From: an uncultured Deferribacteres bacterium
Lineage (GTDB): Bacteria; Zhuqueibacterota; Zhuqueibacteria; Zhuqueibacterales; Geothermadaptataceae
NCBI GenBank assembly: GCA_964014485.1
Contig: CAXHAT010000060.1
Location: forward strand, 1 to 39,859
Reading direction: 5' to 3'
DNA: 39,859 nt
The position numbers were made by a program, and so were the translations under genes. The notes under the pieces were generated by a model. It searched no databases, was not told the DNA's origin, and saw only the letters and a program-made list of their open reading frames with translations. Of the stretch, positions 25,537 to 35,199 are shown piece after piece. The first letter of the stretch is position 1. Every line of letters starts with the position of its first letter.

Positions 25537-26445
25537 TTATAATGAATTTTCCACGGCTTTTCGCCGTTGGATTTTTGCGTTTTCAAGTTTTTGTTTTCGT
25601 TCTTTCAAACGTTGCTCGATCCTGTTGTTCAACGCATCATCCGGCGTTAGATAGCAGATGGCGCTGTGTAATCTGACGGTGTTGTAATACTCGACGAATG
25701 CGTTGATTCTGCTGCAGGCGTCTTCCAGACTGATAAACGCCTGCCGCCGAATCAACTCATTTTTGACGGTTTTGAACAGTCGCTCGATTTTTCCGTTGCT
25801 CTGCGGATGATTGACGCGCGTTCTGACATGGTCGAATTCACAGGCTTTGACGAAGCAGCGGAATTCCTTGGCGACAAACTGGGAGCCGTTGTCGGTGATC
25901 ATCCTGGGTCGCGCCATCGGGAAGCGCTCCCTGGCTTGTTCGAGCACGATTTCCACATCCGCCGTTTGCATGTTCTTTCTCAAATCATGCGCCAGAATCG
26001 CACGGCTCGCGCCGTCGAGAACCGCGATCAGGAAGTGCGGCTCGCTCAGGACCTTGACATAGGAAATGTCCATATGCCAGTGTTCATGGACGCTCTCAGG
26101 CTGATCGAACCCGTCTTTCTTCGCCGCTTTTGAATCATGCCATCGGTTGAGCAAGCCTGCGTCCTTGAGTAGGCGGTAAACCGTGGCCGGGCTCGCAAAG
26201 GCGACGTTCTCGTCGATCATCATCCATGTCAGCCTGCGATAGCCTTCTTCGAGCTTGCCTGAGCAATAATCAAGAATAGCTTGTCGCTCCTTTGGCAAAA
26301 GCCTGTGGCCGTCGGGAACGCAACGATGATGCCGGTTCGGCTCGCCTGCGCGCTGGCGCCAGTCGTAAAAACGGCTGCGATGAACGCCGATTTTACCGAT
26401 CAAAGCGCCTTGCGAATAAGCGGTTTTAAAAGCCAGATTGTTCAC
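25537..26445 (-). CDS. IS3-family transposase OrfB (DDE integrase core)
   Basis: WHMDISY, ITDNGSQF and PQSNGKIER motifs; the frame stays open back to the slippery site, so OrfAB by -1 frameshift is plausible. Confidence 0.93.
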   Translation of the reverse strand: MNNLAFKTAYSQGALIGKIGVHRSRFYDWRQRAGEPNRHHRCVPDGHRLLPKERQAILDYCSGKLEEGYRRLTWMMIDENVAFASPATVYRLLKDAGLLNRWHDSKAAKKDGFDQPESVHEHWHMDISYVKVLSEPHFLIAVLDGASRAILAHDLRKNMQTADVEIVLEQARERFPMARPRMITDNGSQFVAKEFRCFVKACEFDHVRTRVNHPQSNGKIERLFKTVKNELIRRQAFISLEDACSRINAFVEYYNTVRLHSAICYLTPDDALNNRIEQRLKERKQKLENAKIQRRKAVENSL

Positions 26446-26492
26446 CCAGGCAACAAGTTCGTCCCGGATTTCAGGCGCAACCCAGCAGCCGT

Positions 26493-26798
26493 TTAAGCGC
26501 CGCCACGAAAGCTTTTTTTTAAAGCGGTGTTTTCCGAGATCAGATCGCCAAGAGCGCTGTCCCGAAGACGCAGCGTCTCCTCAAGCTCTTTGATCTTACG
26601 CTTTTGACCGGCGTCGCCGCTCGAGCCTGGAGAAAAAAAGTTGAGCGCGCCTTCAAAAAGCTGTTTCTTCCAAGTGTAAATCTGCGAGGGAGCAAGATCA
26701 TTACGATTACACAACTCGGAAAGCTTGGTCTGGTTTTCGAGCAATTCCCGAAGAATCGCCACTTTTTGTTCCGCTGTAAAACGACGTTTTTTACTCAT
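26493..26798 (-). CDS. IS3-family transposase OrfA (HTH)
   Basis: RRFTAEQKVAILRE...IYTWKKQ; ends over AAAAAAAAG. Confidence 0.93.
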   Translation of the reverse strand: MSKKRRFTAEQKVAILRELLENQTKLSELCNRNDLAPSQIYTWKKQLFEGALNFFSPGSSGDAGQKRKIKELEETLRLRDSALGDLISENTALKKSFRGGA

Positions 26799-26983
26799 GA
26801 TTGTCTCCTGGATTCAGACACTAAAATAACAACTTTTAGTATTATTGCATTGTCCGATTCACGCTGAGACAACACAATGTCTATAAACTCAAGCCTACTT
26901 CTGTCCTGCTATGGTTTCGATCACTGGATTTGCGCTGACCATTGGGCAATTTCTGATGCTCAGAAAGCGGTAACCTATCGCGT

Positions 26984-28369
26984 CTAAATTACTTTTGAAG
27001 CAAGGCCGCGCCTGATAAATTGCCCCGCGCCCTTTAGAATTTTCACTTTTCCTCGATCTATCGCTATTTTCCCGCGCAACAAAACAGTCTCACACTTTCC
27101 TTTCACCCGCCACAATTCGTAGGCGGAATAGTCGCAGTTGTGATGGTGCGATTTCGCGGAGATCGTGTGCTCTTTATCAGGATCAAAAATCACAATGTCC
27201 GCGTCCGAACCGATTGCGATTGTTCCCTTTTTCGGGAACATGCCGAAAATCTTGGCGGCGTTGGTCGCCCCGACTTCGACGAACTTGTTCCAGCTAATCC
27301 GTCCCTTGCGCACGCCCTCGGAGTACAATAATTCCAGCCGATGTTCAATCGCCGGATGGCCGTTGGGGATTTTAGCGAAATCGTGCTCGCCCATGCGCTT
27401 TTGCTCCATGAAAAACGGACAATGATCCGTGCCGACGACGTTGACCAAGCCTTGATTCAATCCCGCCCACAAGGTTTTCTGATCTTTCTTCTGCCGCAGC
27501 GGCGGACTCATGACCCATTTCGAGCCTTCGAAGCCGTCGCTTTCGTACAAGGATGCGTCGAGCAGCAGGTATTGAATGCAGGTCTCAACAAAAACTTTCT
27601 GATTCCGTCGCGTCGCGTCGCGCACCTGGTTGAGGGCGCCTTCACAGGTTAAATGAACAATATAGGCGGGAACGTCGGTGTAAAGCGCCATATCGATAAA
27701 TCGCCCGGACGCTTCCGCCTCGGTAATTTCCGGCTGGGACAGATAATGATAAAGCGGCGACAGCTTGCCCTCGCTTTGGTGCTTGGCAATGAGATGATCG
27801 ATCATGTCGCCGTTGGTCGCGTGCACGGTCACCAATCCGCCGCGCTCGCGCACCTCGTGCATCAGGCCGACCATCTGGCCGTCGTCGACCATGAGCGCGC
27901 CTTTGTAGGCCATGAAAGTTTTGAAGGAAGTGATCCCTTCCTCGTCGATCAGCTTCTTGACTTCCTTGCGCGTGTCCTGGTTAAAATCCGTCACCGCCAA
28001 GTGGAAGGAGTAGTCCCCGAAAGCATTTTTGTCCGATTTTTCCCGCCACGCGTCCAGCGCTTCGAACATCGATTTGCCCTGCGTCTGGATGGCGAAATCG
28101 ATCACCGTCGTCGTGCCGCCATGCAGAGCCGCGCGCGTGCCGGTCTCGTAATTGTCGCTCGAAAACGTGCCCATGAACGGCAGATCGAGATGCACGTGCG
28201 GATCGACTCCGCCAGGAAAAACCACTTTCCCGCTCGCATCGATGGTTTGATTCGCCTCGACGGCAAGATTTTTTCCAATAGCGGAAACCGTTTCGCCTTC
28301 AATAAAAATATCCCCGACATAATCATCCGTCGCCGTAACGACGCGCCCGTTTTTGATGAGAATGGACAT
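26984..28369 (-). CDS. hydA: Dihydropyrimidinase (D-hydantoinase)
   Basis: PGGVDPHVHL, GGTTTVIDF, SFKTFMAYKG, MSPPLR and GTDHCPF motifs; pyrimidine catabolism context. Confidence 0.95.
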   Translation of the reverse strand: MSILIKNGRVVTATDDYVGDIFIEGETVSAIGKNLAVEANQTIDASGKVVFPGGVDPHVHLDLPFMGTFSSDNYETGTRAALHGGTTTVIDFAIQTQGKSMFEALDAWREKSDKNAFGDYSFHLAVTDFNQDTRKEVKKLIDEEGITSFKTFMAYKGALMVDDGQMVGLMHEVRERGGLVTVHATNGDMIDHLIAKHQSEGKLSPLYHYLSQPEITEAEASGRFIDMALYTDVPAYIVHLTCEGALNQVRDATRRNQKVFVETCIQYLLLDASLYESDGFEGSKWVMSPPLRQKKDQKTLWAGLNQGLVNVVGTDHCPFFMEQKRMGEHDFAKIPNGHPAIEHRLELLYSEGVRKGRISWNKFVEVGATNAAKIFGMFPKKGTIAIGSDADIVIFDPDKEHTISAKSHHHNCDYSAYELWRVKGKCETVLLRGKIAIDRGKVKILKGAGQFIRRGLASKVI

Positions 28370-28542
28370 AATGTTTCACCTGATTTTTGGAAATACCGGT
28401 TAGCATAACTGCGTGCCGAATATTCGAAGCGCTGAACTTTCCATCGACAACTGTAGGTCACCAACGCTCCCAAGCTGTAAATCAGCGCTCCGCTACTCAG
28501 TGTCCAGTTGATGCGATTATTAGAGCAACCTTACGATCACGA

Positions 28543-28980
28543 TCAGAACAAATGGTCTGGGAATCGACTATGAGGAATTTTTTTATTTAAGGCACATAGT
28601 ACACTTTTCACTCGTATACTTTTTCCTTCTGGCACCTCTAATTTAATCCACTGCTGTGAGTTTTTCGAGACATCCAGAAGTTGTTCGAACTCATCTATTG
28701 TTAATAAACATATAGTTTCTTTTCCACAAATTAAGCAAAGAAAACACTCTTGATTGCTATTAATATCGTCTACAAGAGTGTCGATATCGTCAGAGTTAAA
28801 CGTGAAGTGCCAATAGTTGTTCTGAAGGCGGCTACTACGTTTCAGAAGGAGCCTTCGATCGGCATTAATCTGATAGTGTCCATGTTTTGAGTTAACTTTA
28901 TTAAGAGCCGTGAAAGACGGATGTTCGACTATTTGAGTTAAAACTGCGCCATGGAAAAGATCTTTGGATTTTATTTTCAT
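28543..28980 (-). CDS. Hypothetical protein (AT-rich cargo)
   Basis: 145-aa ORF with globular composition in AT-rich DNA. Confidence 0.7.
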   Translation of the reverse strand: MKIKSKDLFHGAVLTQIVEHPSFTALNKVNSKHGHYQINADRRLLLKRSSRLQNNYWHFTFNSDDIDTLVDDINSNQECFLCLICGKETICLLTIDEFEQLLDVSKNSQQWIKLEVPEGKSIRVKSVLCALNKKIPHSRFPDHLF

Positions 28981-29054
28981 TTTTTCTTCCCGTTGTTGCA
29001 GATCATTAGTTGAAATTAACTATAAAAGCAGCAATGGATGCTACTCTAAAGCTT

Positions 29055-29528
29055 TTATGACAAAAAAGGAATTGTTTCGACAAACCTTGAAAATCGGTTA
29101 GCCTCCTCTTTGGTCAAATCGACCGGAAATTCGACATCTACGGAATAGTCTTGCCTTAATTGGAAGGTGTGCTTCAAGCTCCTTGATGATTTTGGTGACT
29201 CTGCATCGTCCTTGCTTATAGCTTCAATTGATATATGCTTATTTAGCACTTGTTTAATTGCGGGCAACGATTCCTTCCATTCGAAGCGAGATTGTTTGTT
29301 ACGCCTGCCAACAGTAAATTTGCCTAAACTGAATCGTTCCAAAAGCTTCAAAACTTGTATTAGATCATTGCGTTTCATTTGAATAGAGTTTCTATTAAGC
29401 ATTTCTAGTATTGATTCTACCGACTTTTCGCCTGAAAAACTATTCGTGCGACTTAGCCAGTAATCAAGAAAAAGCTTAAGATTTTTATCTGTAATGTAGT
29501 ATTCAGCCAGACTAGATAATTGAGCCAT
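29055..29528 (-). CDS. Hypothetical protein (AT-rich cargo)
   Basis: 157-aa ORF with GGAGG RBS upstream. Confidence 0.75.
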   Translation of the reverse strand: MAQLSSLAEYYITDKNLKLFLDYWLSRTNSFSGEKSVESILEMLNRNSIQMKRNDLIQVLKLLERFSLGKFTVGRRNKQSRFEWKESLPAIKQVLNKHISIEAISKDDAESPKSSRSLKHTFQLRQDYSVDVEFPVDLTKEEANRFSRFVETIPFLS

Positions 29529-29719
29529 TGATGCAAAACCTCCATTTAGATTCTTTTAAAGAACTCATTTTGGTTATACATACATGGCATATCTATAAAA
29601 TGCAGATTAAAAAAATAACCTTAAGGCGAAATTGGTAATCATAACCGAAAAACGTTATGTTTAATTTTAAATCTACTCTTAGCTCATCTTAACTAACAGT
29701 TCATTCAGCGGCTTGATAA

Positions 29720-29928
29720 CGCCGGAACCCAGTATCCGACCAGCGCCAAAGCAATCCCGGCAAATAGTGCGATCATTGCCGCCGGATTGAAACCGGCGCG
29801 ACAGGCGTATTCGCCGTCCGGATCATAAAGCGCAGAAAGATTCAGCCGTTTTTGCGGAATACAAAATAGTCGCACAGCAAAATCCTCCAAACCGGCCCAG
29901 TAAATCCGCTCACGAAAACCAGAATATT
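29720..29928 (-). pseudogene. Diverged, frameshifted copy of the 3' part of the NCS1 permease gene
   Basis: Aligns by eye to 30879..31088; the translation KRLNLSALYDPDGEYA..AGFNPAAM.A.FAGIALALVGYWVPALS is shared with the permease. Confidence 0.9.
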
Positions 29929-30026
29929 CCTACTGGGAAGGCTTCGGACAATTGCGGGGCCAAAATCTATTTGCATTCAACTTGTTGCTTTTGTAGTTTT
30001 TTAGAAAAATAAACAGGATAGGCGGC

Positions 30027-30356
30027 TTGGGAAAACGTTGGACAGTTCGGGATCGTTCTCGGAATCAGATTTATTTAACGGAAGAACGTTGGCTGCACAT
30101 CACCGAATCAACCAACCATCCTGAAATGCTCGATTTCGAAGAACATTTGAAAACGACGATTAAAAAGGGCTCGCGAAAACAAGAACCGCTGAATCCTCGC
30201 AAATATCGTTACTCTTTTTGGTTTCAGGATTTGCCGCCGGGTTTTAATCATATTGTCGCAATTGTGCTTTTTGGTTTTGAACTTAACAAGCAAGGTCAGA
30301 CTGTCCCGAATAATTATATTGCCACGGCATTTTTGAAACATATGAAAAGACGCTAA
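30027..30356 (+). CDS. Putative toxin-like partner of a DUF2283 gene
   Basis: 109 aa, TTG start; IYLTEERWLHI...HPEM and C-terminal IATAF pattern; 9 bp from the DUF2283-like gene. Confidence 0.65.
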   Translation: MGKRWTVRDRSRNQIYLTEERWLHITESTNHPEMLDFEEHLKTTIKKGSRKQEPLNPRKYRYSFWFQDLPPGFNHIVAIVLFGFELNKQGQTVPNNYIATAFLKHMKRR

Positions 30357-30365
30357 GAGAACGCC

Positions 30366-30743
30366 ATGAAAAAAAGTCCAACATATTCATACGATCAGGA
30401 GGCCGATATTCTCTACGTCGCCTTTTCTCCCGGGGAAAAAGCGACCGCTGCGGTTGAATTGAACGACAATATTTTACTCCGCTTCAATCGAAAAGAAAAA
30501 AGAGCGATTGGCTTAACGCTCATGGATTTTTCCGTACTCGCGCAACTTACAAGTCTCGGCCCGCGGAATTTTCCCCTCACCGGCTTCAAAGAGATCGAAG
30601 AAGATTGGTGGGAAGACGTTGTCGAAATCATCACGTCGCCGCCTGTAAACCAAATCCTCAAAGTTTCAAGCTACACGCCTTCCCTTTCCGAGACCATTCC
30701 AATCACTTCCATCAAAACGCCTGCTCTTCCCGTTGCTGCGTAG
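30366..30743 (+). CDS. DUF2283-like protein (putative antitoxin)
   Basis: YSYDQEADILYVAF...ILLRF...IGLTLMDFS pattern. Confidence 0.75.
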   Translation: MKKSPTYSYDQEADILYVAFSPGEKATAAVELNDNILLRFNRKEKRAIGLTLMDFSVLAQLTSLGPRNFPLTGFKEIEEDWWEDVVEIITSPPVNQILKVSSYTPSLSETIPITSIKTPALPVAA

Positions 30744-30773
30744 CTCGTAAAACGGAGCGTCGGGGCGTTAGGT

Positions 30774-32519
30774 TCACCTCACTGCCAACTTGGCCGTTTG
30801 CTGTTTGAAAAGAATATAGTACAGCACAAACGCGATCAAGAATCCCGTGAACCAGGATAAATTATACAGAAAACTCAGCGCCGGAACCCAGTATCCAACC
30901 AGTGCCAGAGCAATCCCGGCAAACATCGCCATCATCGCCGCCGGATTGAAGCCGGCGCCATAGGCGTATTCGCCGTCCGGATCATAGAGCGCTGAGAGAT
31001 TCAGTCGTTTTTTGCGGATGACAAAATAATCGCAGAGCAAAATTCCCAAAACAGGTCCCAGCAATCCGCTCACGAAAATCAAAATATTGCTGATTTCGTC
31101 GAGCAGCCACCACGGGCAGATAAGAATGCCAATGATTCCGGTGAGCAAGCCGCCTTCTTTGAAGCCCATTTTTTTCGGAAAAATATTAGCAAAGGCGTTC
31201 GCCGGCGCAATCACGTTCGCTGCGATGTTTGTACTCAAGGTCGCGATCAGCATGAAAATCTGCGAGACGATGACAACGGTCGGGCTCTCAAACTTGGCAA
31301 GCAGTGAAACCGGGTCCCACGGCGCATCTTCGGCGATCAGCACATCGTCAAAATTGACCAGCGCGGCGAAGGTGACAAATATGCCGACAAATGAATAGAG
31401 CACCATCGTGCCCGGCAGGCCGAGAAATTGCCCGACAACCTGTTCTTTTTGTGTGTGTGCGTAGCGCGTAATATCCGCAATGCTGAGCGACATCGTCGCC
31501 CAAAAACCGACCATGGCCGTGAGCCAGAGAATGTAACCCCACAGCGGATTTTGCTGCGCCGCATCGCCAGGCGGAGAAACGGAGATTGCGCTCGATTCCA
31601 GAATTTCGTCCCCGGAAACGCGACGGAATTGCACTCCGACCGTCTTCTCTCCGGCCGCAACCGCGCCGTGATCAAAAGCGAATTGGCTCAAATCGACGGT
31701 TGTTTCGCTTTGACTCAATGCTCGCCAATCGATAATCGCCGAGCCGTCCGTCACAGAGGGATCGGTGACGCGAAACTCCGTTGCTTTGAGCTCGCCCTGG
31801 ACATTTTTCAGGGGACTCAAGCGCAGTGTGAGCAGCGACGAGTCAGTTTCCAAAGTCGCGGTCGGCGTGTAAAGCTGCTTGCCGTTTTCAAGCACCACGC
31901 CAAATCCGCCCGCGCGATTCCCGCCCCAAATAATGAGCAGGACGCCGATCAACAGCAGAATGGGCGCGGCGAAGTTTTCCAGCCACTTGATGCTCTCCGT
32001 GCCCTTCCAGATAAAGTAGATGTTGACCAGCCAGAACAGCCCAAAGCCAACGAATTTTCCAACGTCCAATCCGAGCGAACCAGGGCTGCCGGTGATTGCG
32101 TTCCAAATCGCATAAAACGCCAGTCCGCCGATCCAGGTTTGCACGCCGAACCAGCCGCACGCCACCAGCGCGCGCAAAACCGACGCGATGTGAATGCCCG
32201 TCACGCCAAACGACGCGCGCCCAAGCACCGGAAAAGGGACACCGTACTTCACGCCGGCGTGCCCGTTCAGCACCATCGGCACGGTTATGATCAAATTGGC
32301 CAGGCCAATGATGATCAGCGCGGCCTGCCAGCTCAATCCGGATTTGATCATGTATGATGCGAGCAGGTATGTTGGAATGCACACCGCCATCCCCACCCAA
32401 ATCGCCGCCAGATTCCACATATTCCAGGTTCGTCCTTCTTGCGGCACTGGCGCCAAATCCTCGCTATACAACGGCGAATCGGACAGACTCTCTCGAACGT
32501 TTTGAATTTCGTTGTTCAT
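30774..32519 (-). CDS. NCS1 family nucleobase:cation symporter (uracil/allantoin permease-like)
   Basis: EDLAPV..RTW, GVKYGVPFPVLGRASFG, ACGWFGVQTWIGG, GFWATMSLSIADITRY and TNIAANV motifs; likely start MNNE at 32519. Confidence 0.93.
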   Translation of the reverse strand: MNNEIQNVRESLSDSPLYSEDLAPVPQEGRTWNMWNLAAIWVGMAVCIPTYLLASYMIKSGLSWQAALIIIGLANLIITVPMVLNGHAGVKYGVPFPVLGRASFGVTGIHIASVLRALVACGWFGVQTWIGGLAFYAIWNAITGSPGSLGLDVGKFVGFGLFWLVNIYFIWKGTESIKWLENFAAPILLLIGVLLIIWGGNRAGGFGVVLENGKQLYTPTATLETDSSLLTLRLSPLKNVQGELKATEFRVTDPSVTDGSAIIDWRALSQSETTVDLSQFAFDHGAVAAGEKTVGVQFRRVSGDEILESSAISVSPPGDAAQQNPLWGYILWLTAMVGFWATMSLSIADITRYAHTQKEQVVGQFLGLPGTMVLYSFVGIFVTFAALVNFDDVLIAEDAPWDPVSLLAKFESPTVVIVSQIFMLIATLSTNIAANVIAPANAFANIFPKKMGFKEGGLLTGIIGILICPWWLLDEISNILIFVSGLLGPVLGILLCDYFVIRKKRLNLSALYDPDGEYAYGAGFNPAAMMAMFAGIALALVGYWVPALSFLYNLSWFTGFLIAFVLYYILFKQQTAKLAVR

Positions 32520-32567
32520 TGCAATCAGTTTCCAAGAGCAGGGGGTAAATGTCGGATTTTTCAATGC

Positions 32568-32654
32568 CAGAAAGATGGTTGACACAAAAATTGAACTCAG
32601 GCTTCGCCCTTTTCAATTGAAAGAAAAACTGTTTTTCTGCCAATCATTTTTCTG
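32568..32654. repeat. Imperfect intergenic inverted repeat
   Basis: CAGAAAGATGGTTGACACAAAAA ... TTTTTCTGCCAATCATTTTTCTG. Confidence 0.6.
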
Positions 32655-32676
32655 TCATATTTTGACTCTAGCCAAA

Positions 32677-34131
32677 CTAACTCATCCAATTAATCCGTGC
32701 TTCGGGGTTCCATTTGGTGGAGGTTTTCTTGAGTTGGGTAAAAAATTCGATGGAGCTTTTGCCGGTGATGTCGCACACGCCGAATTTCGACTCGTTCCAG
32801 CCGCCGAACGAGAACGGTTCGCGCGGCACGGGCACGCCGATATTCACGCCGATCATCCCGGCGCTGGCGCGTTCGGCGACCTGACGCGCCAAGCCGCCGC
32901 TTTGGGTGTAGACCCCGGCGGCGTTGCCGTAATTCGAGCTGTTTTCAATCGTCATCGCTTCGTCAAGGTCTTTTGCGCGCATGATTGAAAGCACGGGACC
33001 GAAAACTTCTTCTTTGGCAATGGGCATGTCAGGCGTGACGTAATCGATCACCGTCGGGCCAACGTAGTAGCCGTCCTCATGACCTTCGACGACGGCGTTG
33101 CGACCGTCGACCAACACTTTAGCGCCGGCGTTTTCCGCTTCGGTAATGTAGCGTTCGATGCGCTCCTTCGCCTCTTTGGAAATCACCGAACCAAGACTTT
33201 TACCGGGTACGATTTCGCGCGCTTCCTCGCACAATTTGGCGATCACCGCTTCCACATCGCCGACGCCCACCATCGCCGACGACGCCATGCAGCGCTGCCC
33301 GGCGCAGCCAGACATTGAGGCGGCGATGTTGCTCGCGGCCATTTCCACGTGCGCGTCCGGCAGCACGATCAAGTGATTTTTCGCCCCGCCCAGCGCGACG
33401 CATCGTTTGAGATTTGAGCACGCACGCTTGTAAACGATTTTCGCTACCTTCGTCGAGCCGACGAACGAAACCGCGTTGATGCCCGGATGATCGCAAATCC
33501 CCTCGACGATTTCCTGCGCGCCGTTAACCACACTGAAAACGCCTTTCGGCAAACCCGCTTCAGTGAGCATTTCCGCGATGCGCATCGAACTAATCGGCAC
33601 TTTTTCCGACGGCTTGAGAATGACGCAATTGCCGAGCACCAGAGCGTTGGGAATCGTCCAGTGCGGCACCATGTGCGGGAAATTGAACGGACAAATGGAA
33701 GCGACCACGCCGACCGGTTTGCGCTCCACCCGGCACTCCACGCCCGCGCTCACTTCCATAATCTCGCCAGGAATCAACTGCGGCATCGAGCAAGCGAATT
33801 CGGTCAGTTCCACGCTTTTGGCTACTTCGGCAATGGATTCGTCCATGGTTTTGCCGTTTTCTTCATGTACGATCACCGCCAGTTCTTCGAGATTCTGCTC
33901 CAGTAACGTTTTGTAGCGATAAAAAATCTGCGAGCGATCCTTGATGGTCGTGTCCGCCCAGTCAGGCAAAGCTTCCTTCGCCGCTTCGACCGCGAGATCA
34001 AGATCGTTTTTACCAGAAAGCGGAACAGTAGAAAGCTGATCGCCGTTTAGCGGGCAAAATACCTCCATGTTCGCTTGCCCGTTGCGCACAAACTCCCCCG
34101 CGACATAGTTTTTAACTTCGGGATATTTCAT
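32677..34131 (-). CDS. mmsA: CoA-acylating (methyl)malonate-semialdehyde dehydrogenase
   Basis: PFNFP, KPSEKVP, SFVGST, LGGAKNH, GCAGQRCMA, EEVFGPV and GVNIGVPVP motifs. Confidence 0.93.
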   Translation of the reverse strand: MKYPEVKNYVAGEFVRNGQANMEVFCPLNGDQLSTVPLSGKNDLDLAVEAAKEALPDWADTTIKDRSQIFYRYKTLLEQNLEELAVIVHEENGKTMDESIAEVAKSVELTEFACSMPQLIPGEIMEVSAGVECRVERKPVGVVASICPFNFPHMVPHWTIPNALVLGNCVILKPSEKVPISSMRIAEMLTEAGLPKGVFSVVNGAQEIVEGICDHPGINAVSFVGSTKVAKIVYKRACSNLKRCVALGGAKNHLIVLPDAHVEMAASNIAASMSGCAGQRCMASSAMVGVGDVEAVIAKLCEEAREIVPGKSLGSVISKEAKERIERYITEAENAGAKVLVDGRNAVVEGHEDGYYVGPTVIDYVTPDMPIAKEEVFGPVLSIMRAKDLDEAMTIENSSNYGNAAGVYTQSGGLARQVAERASAGMIGVNIGVPVPREPFSFGGWNESKFGVCDITGKSSIEFFTQLKKTSTKWNPEARINWMS

Positions 34132-34518
34132 CGGACGCCTCCGTTTCTTTCAATTTATAGAATTCTTTGATTTTCACTGATCGGCTCGGGTTCCCCCGAA
34201 CTTGTAAGGATTTCTTACAAGCTAACATTTCTCACTTCGTTTTTCAGACCTTAAGCCTTTATTTGTAAATGCTTTAGATGCGGGTTCATCATAATAAAGC
34301 TTCAAAAGAGCTTGAGTGTTACTCTCTGTTATAGTTTCCATTTTACGCTTAAAAAGCTTTAAATTAGCCTCAGATTGAAGTGAGAAATGTTAGTTACAAG
34401 TTTGTTCTTCCGTCTTTTTGTACCGCAGGCTAGGTCACTCGAACTACCCGGGATTTCCGGATAGTTGCGGCATGATATAGCACAGTTTTCATTTGGAACT
34501 ATTCGGAAGTGCTTATTT

Positions 34519-35169
34519 CTAACCTGATTTTGTTATAATACGCCATACTCTTGAACCTCGGATTGTAAACAGGACTATTAAAATATTAAGTACTACAAGG
34601 CAGAGTATCGGAGAATCAGTCACAAGCCTTGTACAAACCGCCAACAAGACTGAGAATAACATAGCCACTAAAGAAAGTACTGTAATTGTTGGGTAGTGAC
34701 CGATACGCTTGAAAACCTTTGCGTTATAGTTCTCCTCATCGGATTCACGATTGGCTTCGCTTCTTGCTTTTGAATACATATTCAGGTAACCCCATATGCC
34801 AACCGTGAACTGAAAAGCTACCCAGAAATACCAAAGTCCAATTTTTGAATTTGGAAGTGTAAGAGTGGTTATTACCCCAAATTGAGCTAGCCCAAAAGCG
34901 AAAGGAATGATCGAATCTTGAAGTCCGAGAACCCATTTGAAATAAATAAGTCCAATAACATATTCATGCCAGATCAAAATAATTAAATGGGTAACAAAAG
35001 CTATCTTTAGCCAAAATATTGTGGAGTCAATATCTAATGACCAAAAGTATTGTTTCGATTCATATATTGTTGTGAAAAGATAGCCGAGCGAGAGGGCTTG
35101 AATGATCCCAATTAATTGAAGATATACTGAAGAAAACCTCTTTTTCGTTTCTCTGCGTATGTATTCCAA
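34519..35169 (-). CDS. Multi-pass membrane protein, paralog of 35200..35931
   Basis: 216 aa, about 6 hydrophobic segments, AT-rich, TTG start. Confidence 0.75.
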   Translation of the reverse strand: MEYIRRETKKRFSSVYLQLIGIIQALSLGYLFTTIYESKQYFWSLDIDSTIFWLKIAFVTHLIILIWHEYVIGLIYFKWVLGLQDSIIPFAFGLAQFGVITTLTLPNSKIGLWYFWVAFQFTVGIWGYLNMYSKARSEANRESDEENYNAKVFKRIGHYPTITVLSLVAMLFSVLLAVCTRLVTDSPILCLVVLNILIVLFTIRGSRVWRIITKSG

Positions 35170-35199
35170 CTTTACAGCCTCGCCATAAACTAAAACTGA

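Larger units (their letters stand above)
25499..26876 (-). mobile_element. IS3-family insertion sequence, apparently intact (1378 bp)
   Basis: 26-bp terminal IRs (25499..25524 and 26851..26876, 2 mismatches, TG...CA ends); 4-bp target duplication ATGT (25495..25498 and 26877..26880); orfA/orfB with A8G slippery site near 26511-26520. Confidence 0.95.
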
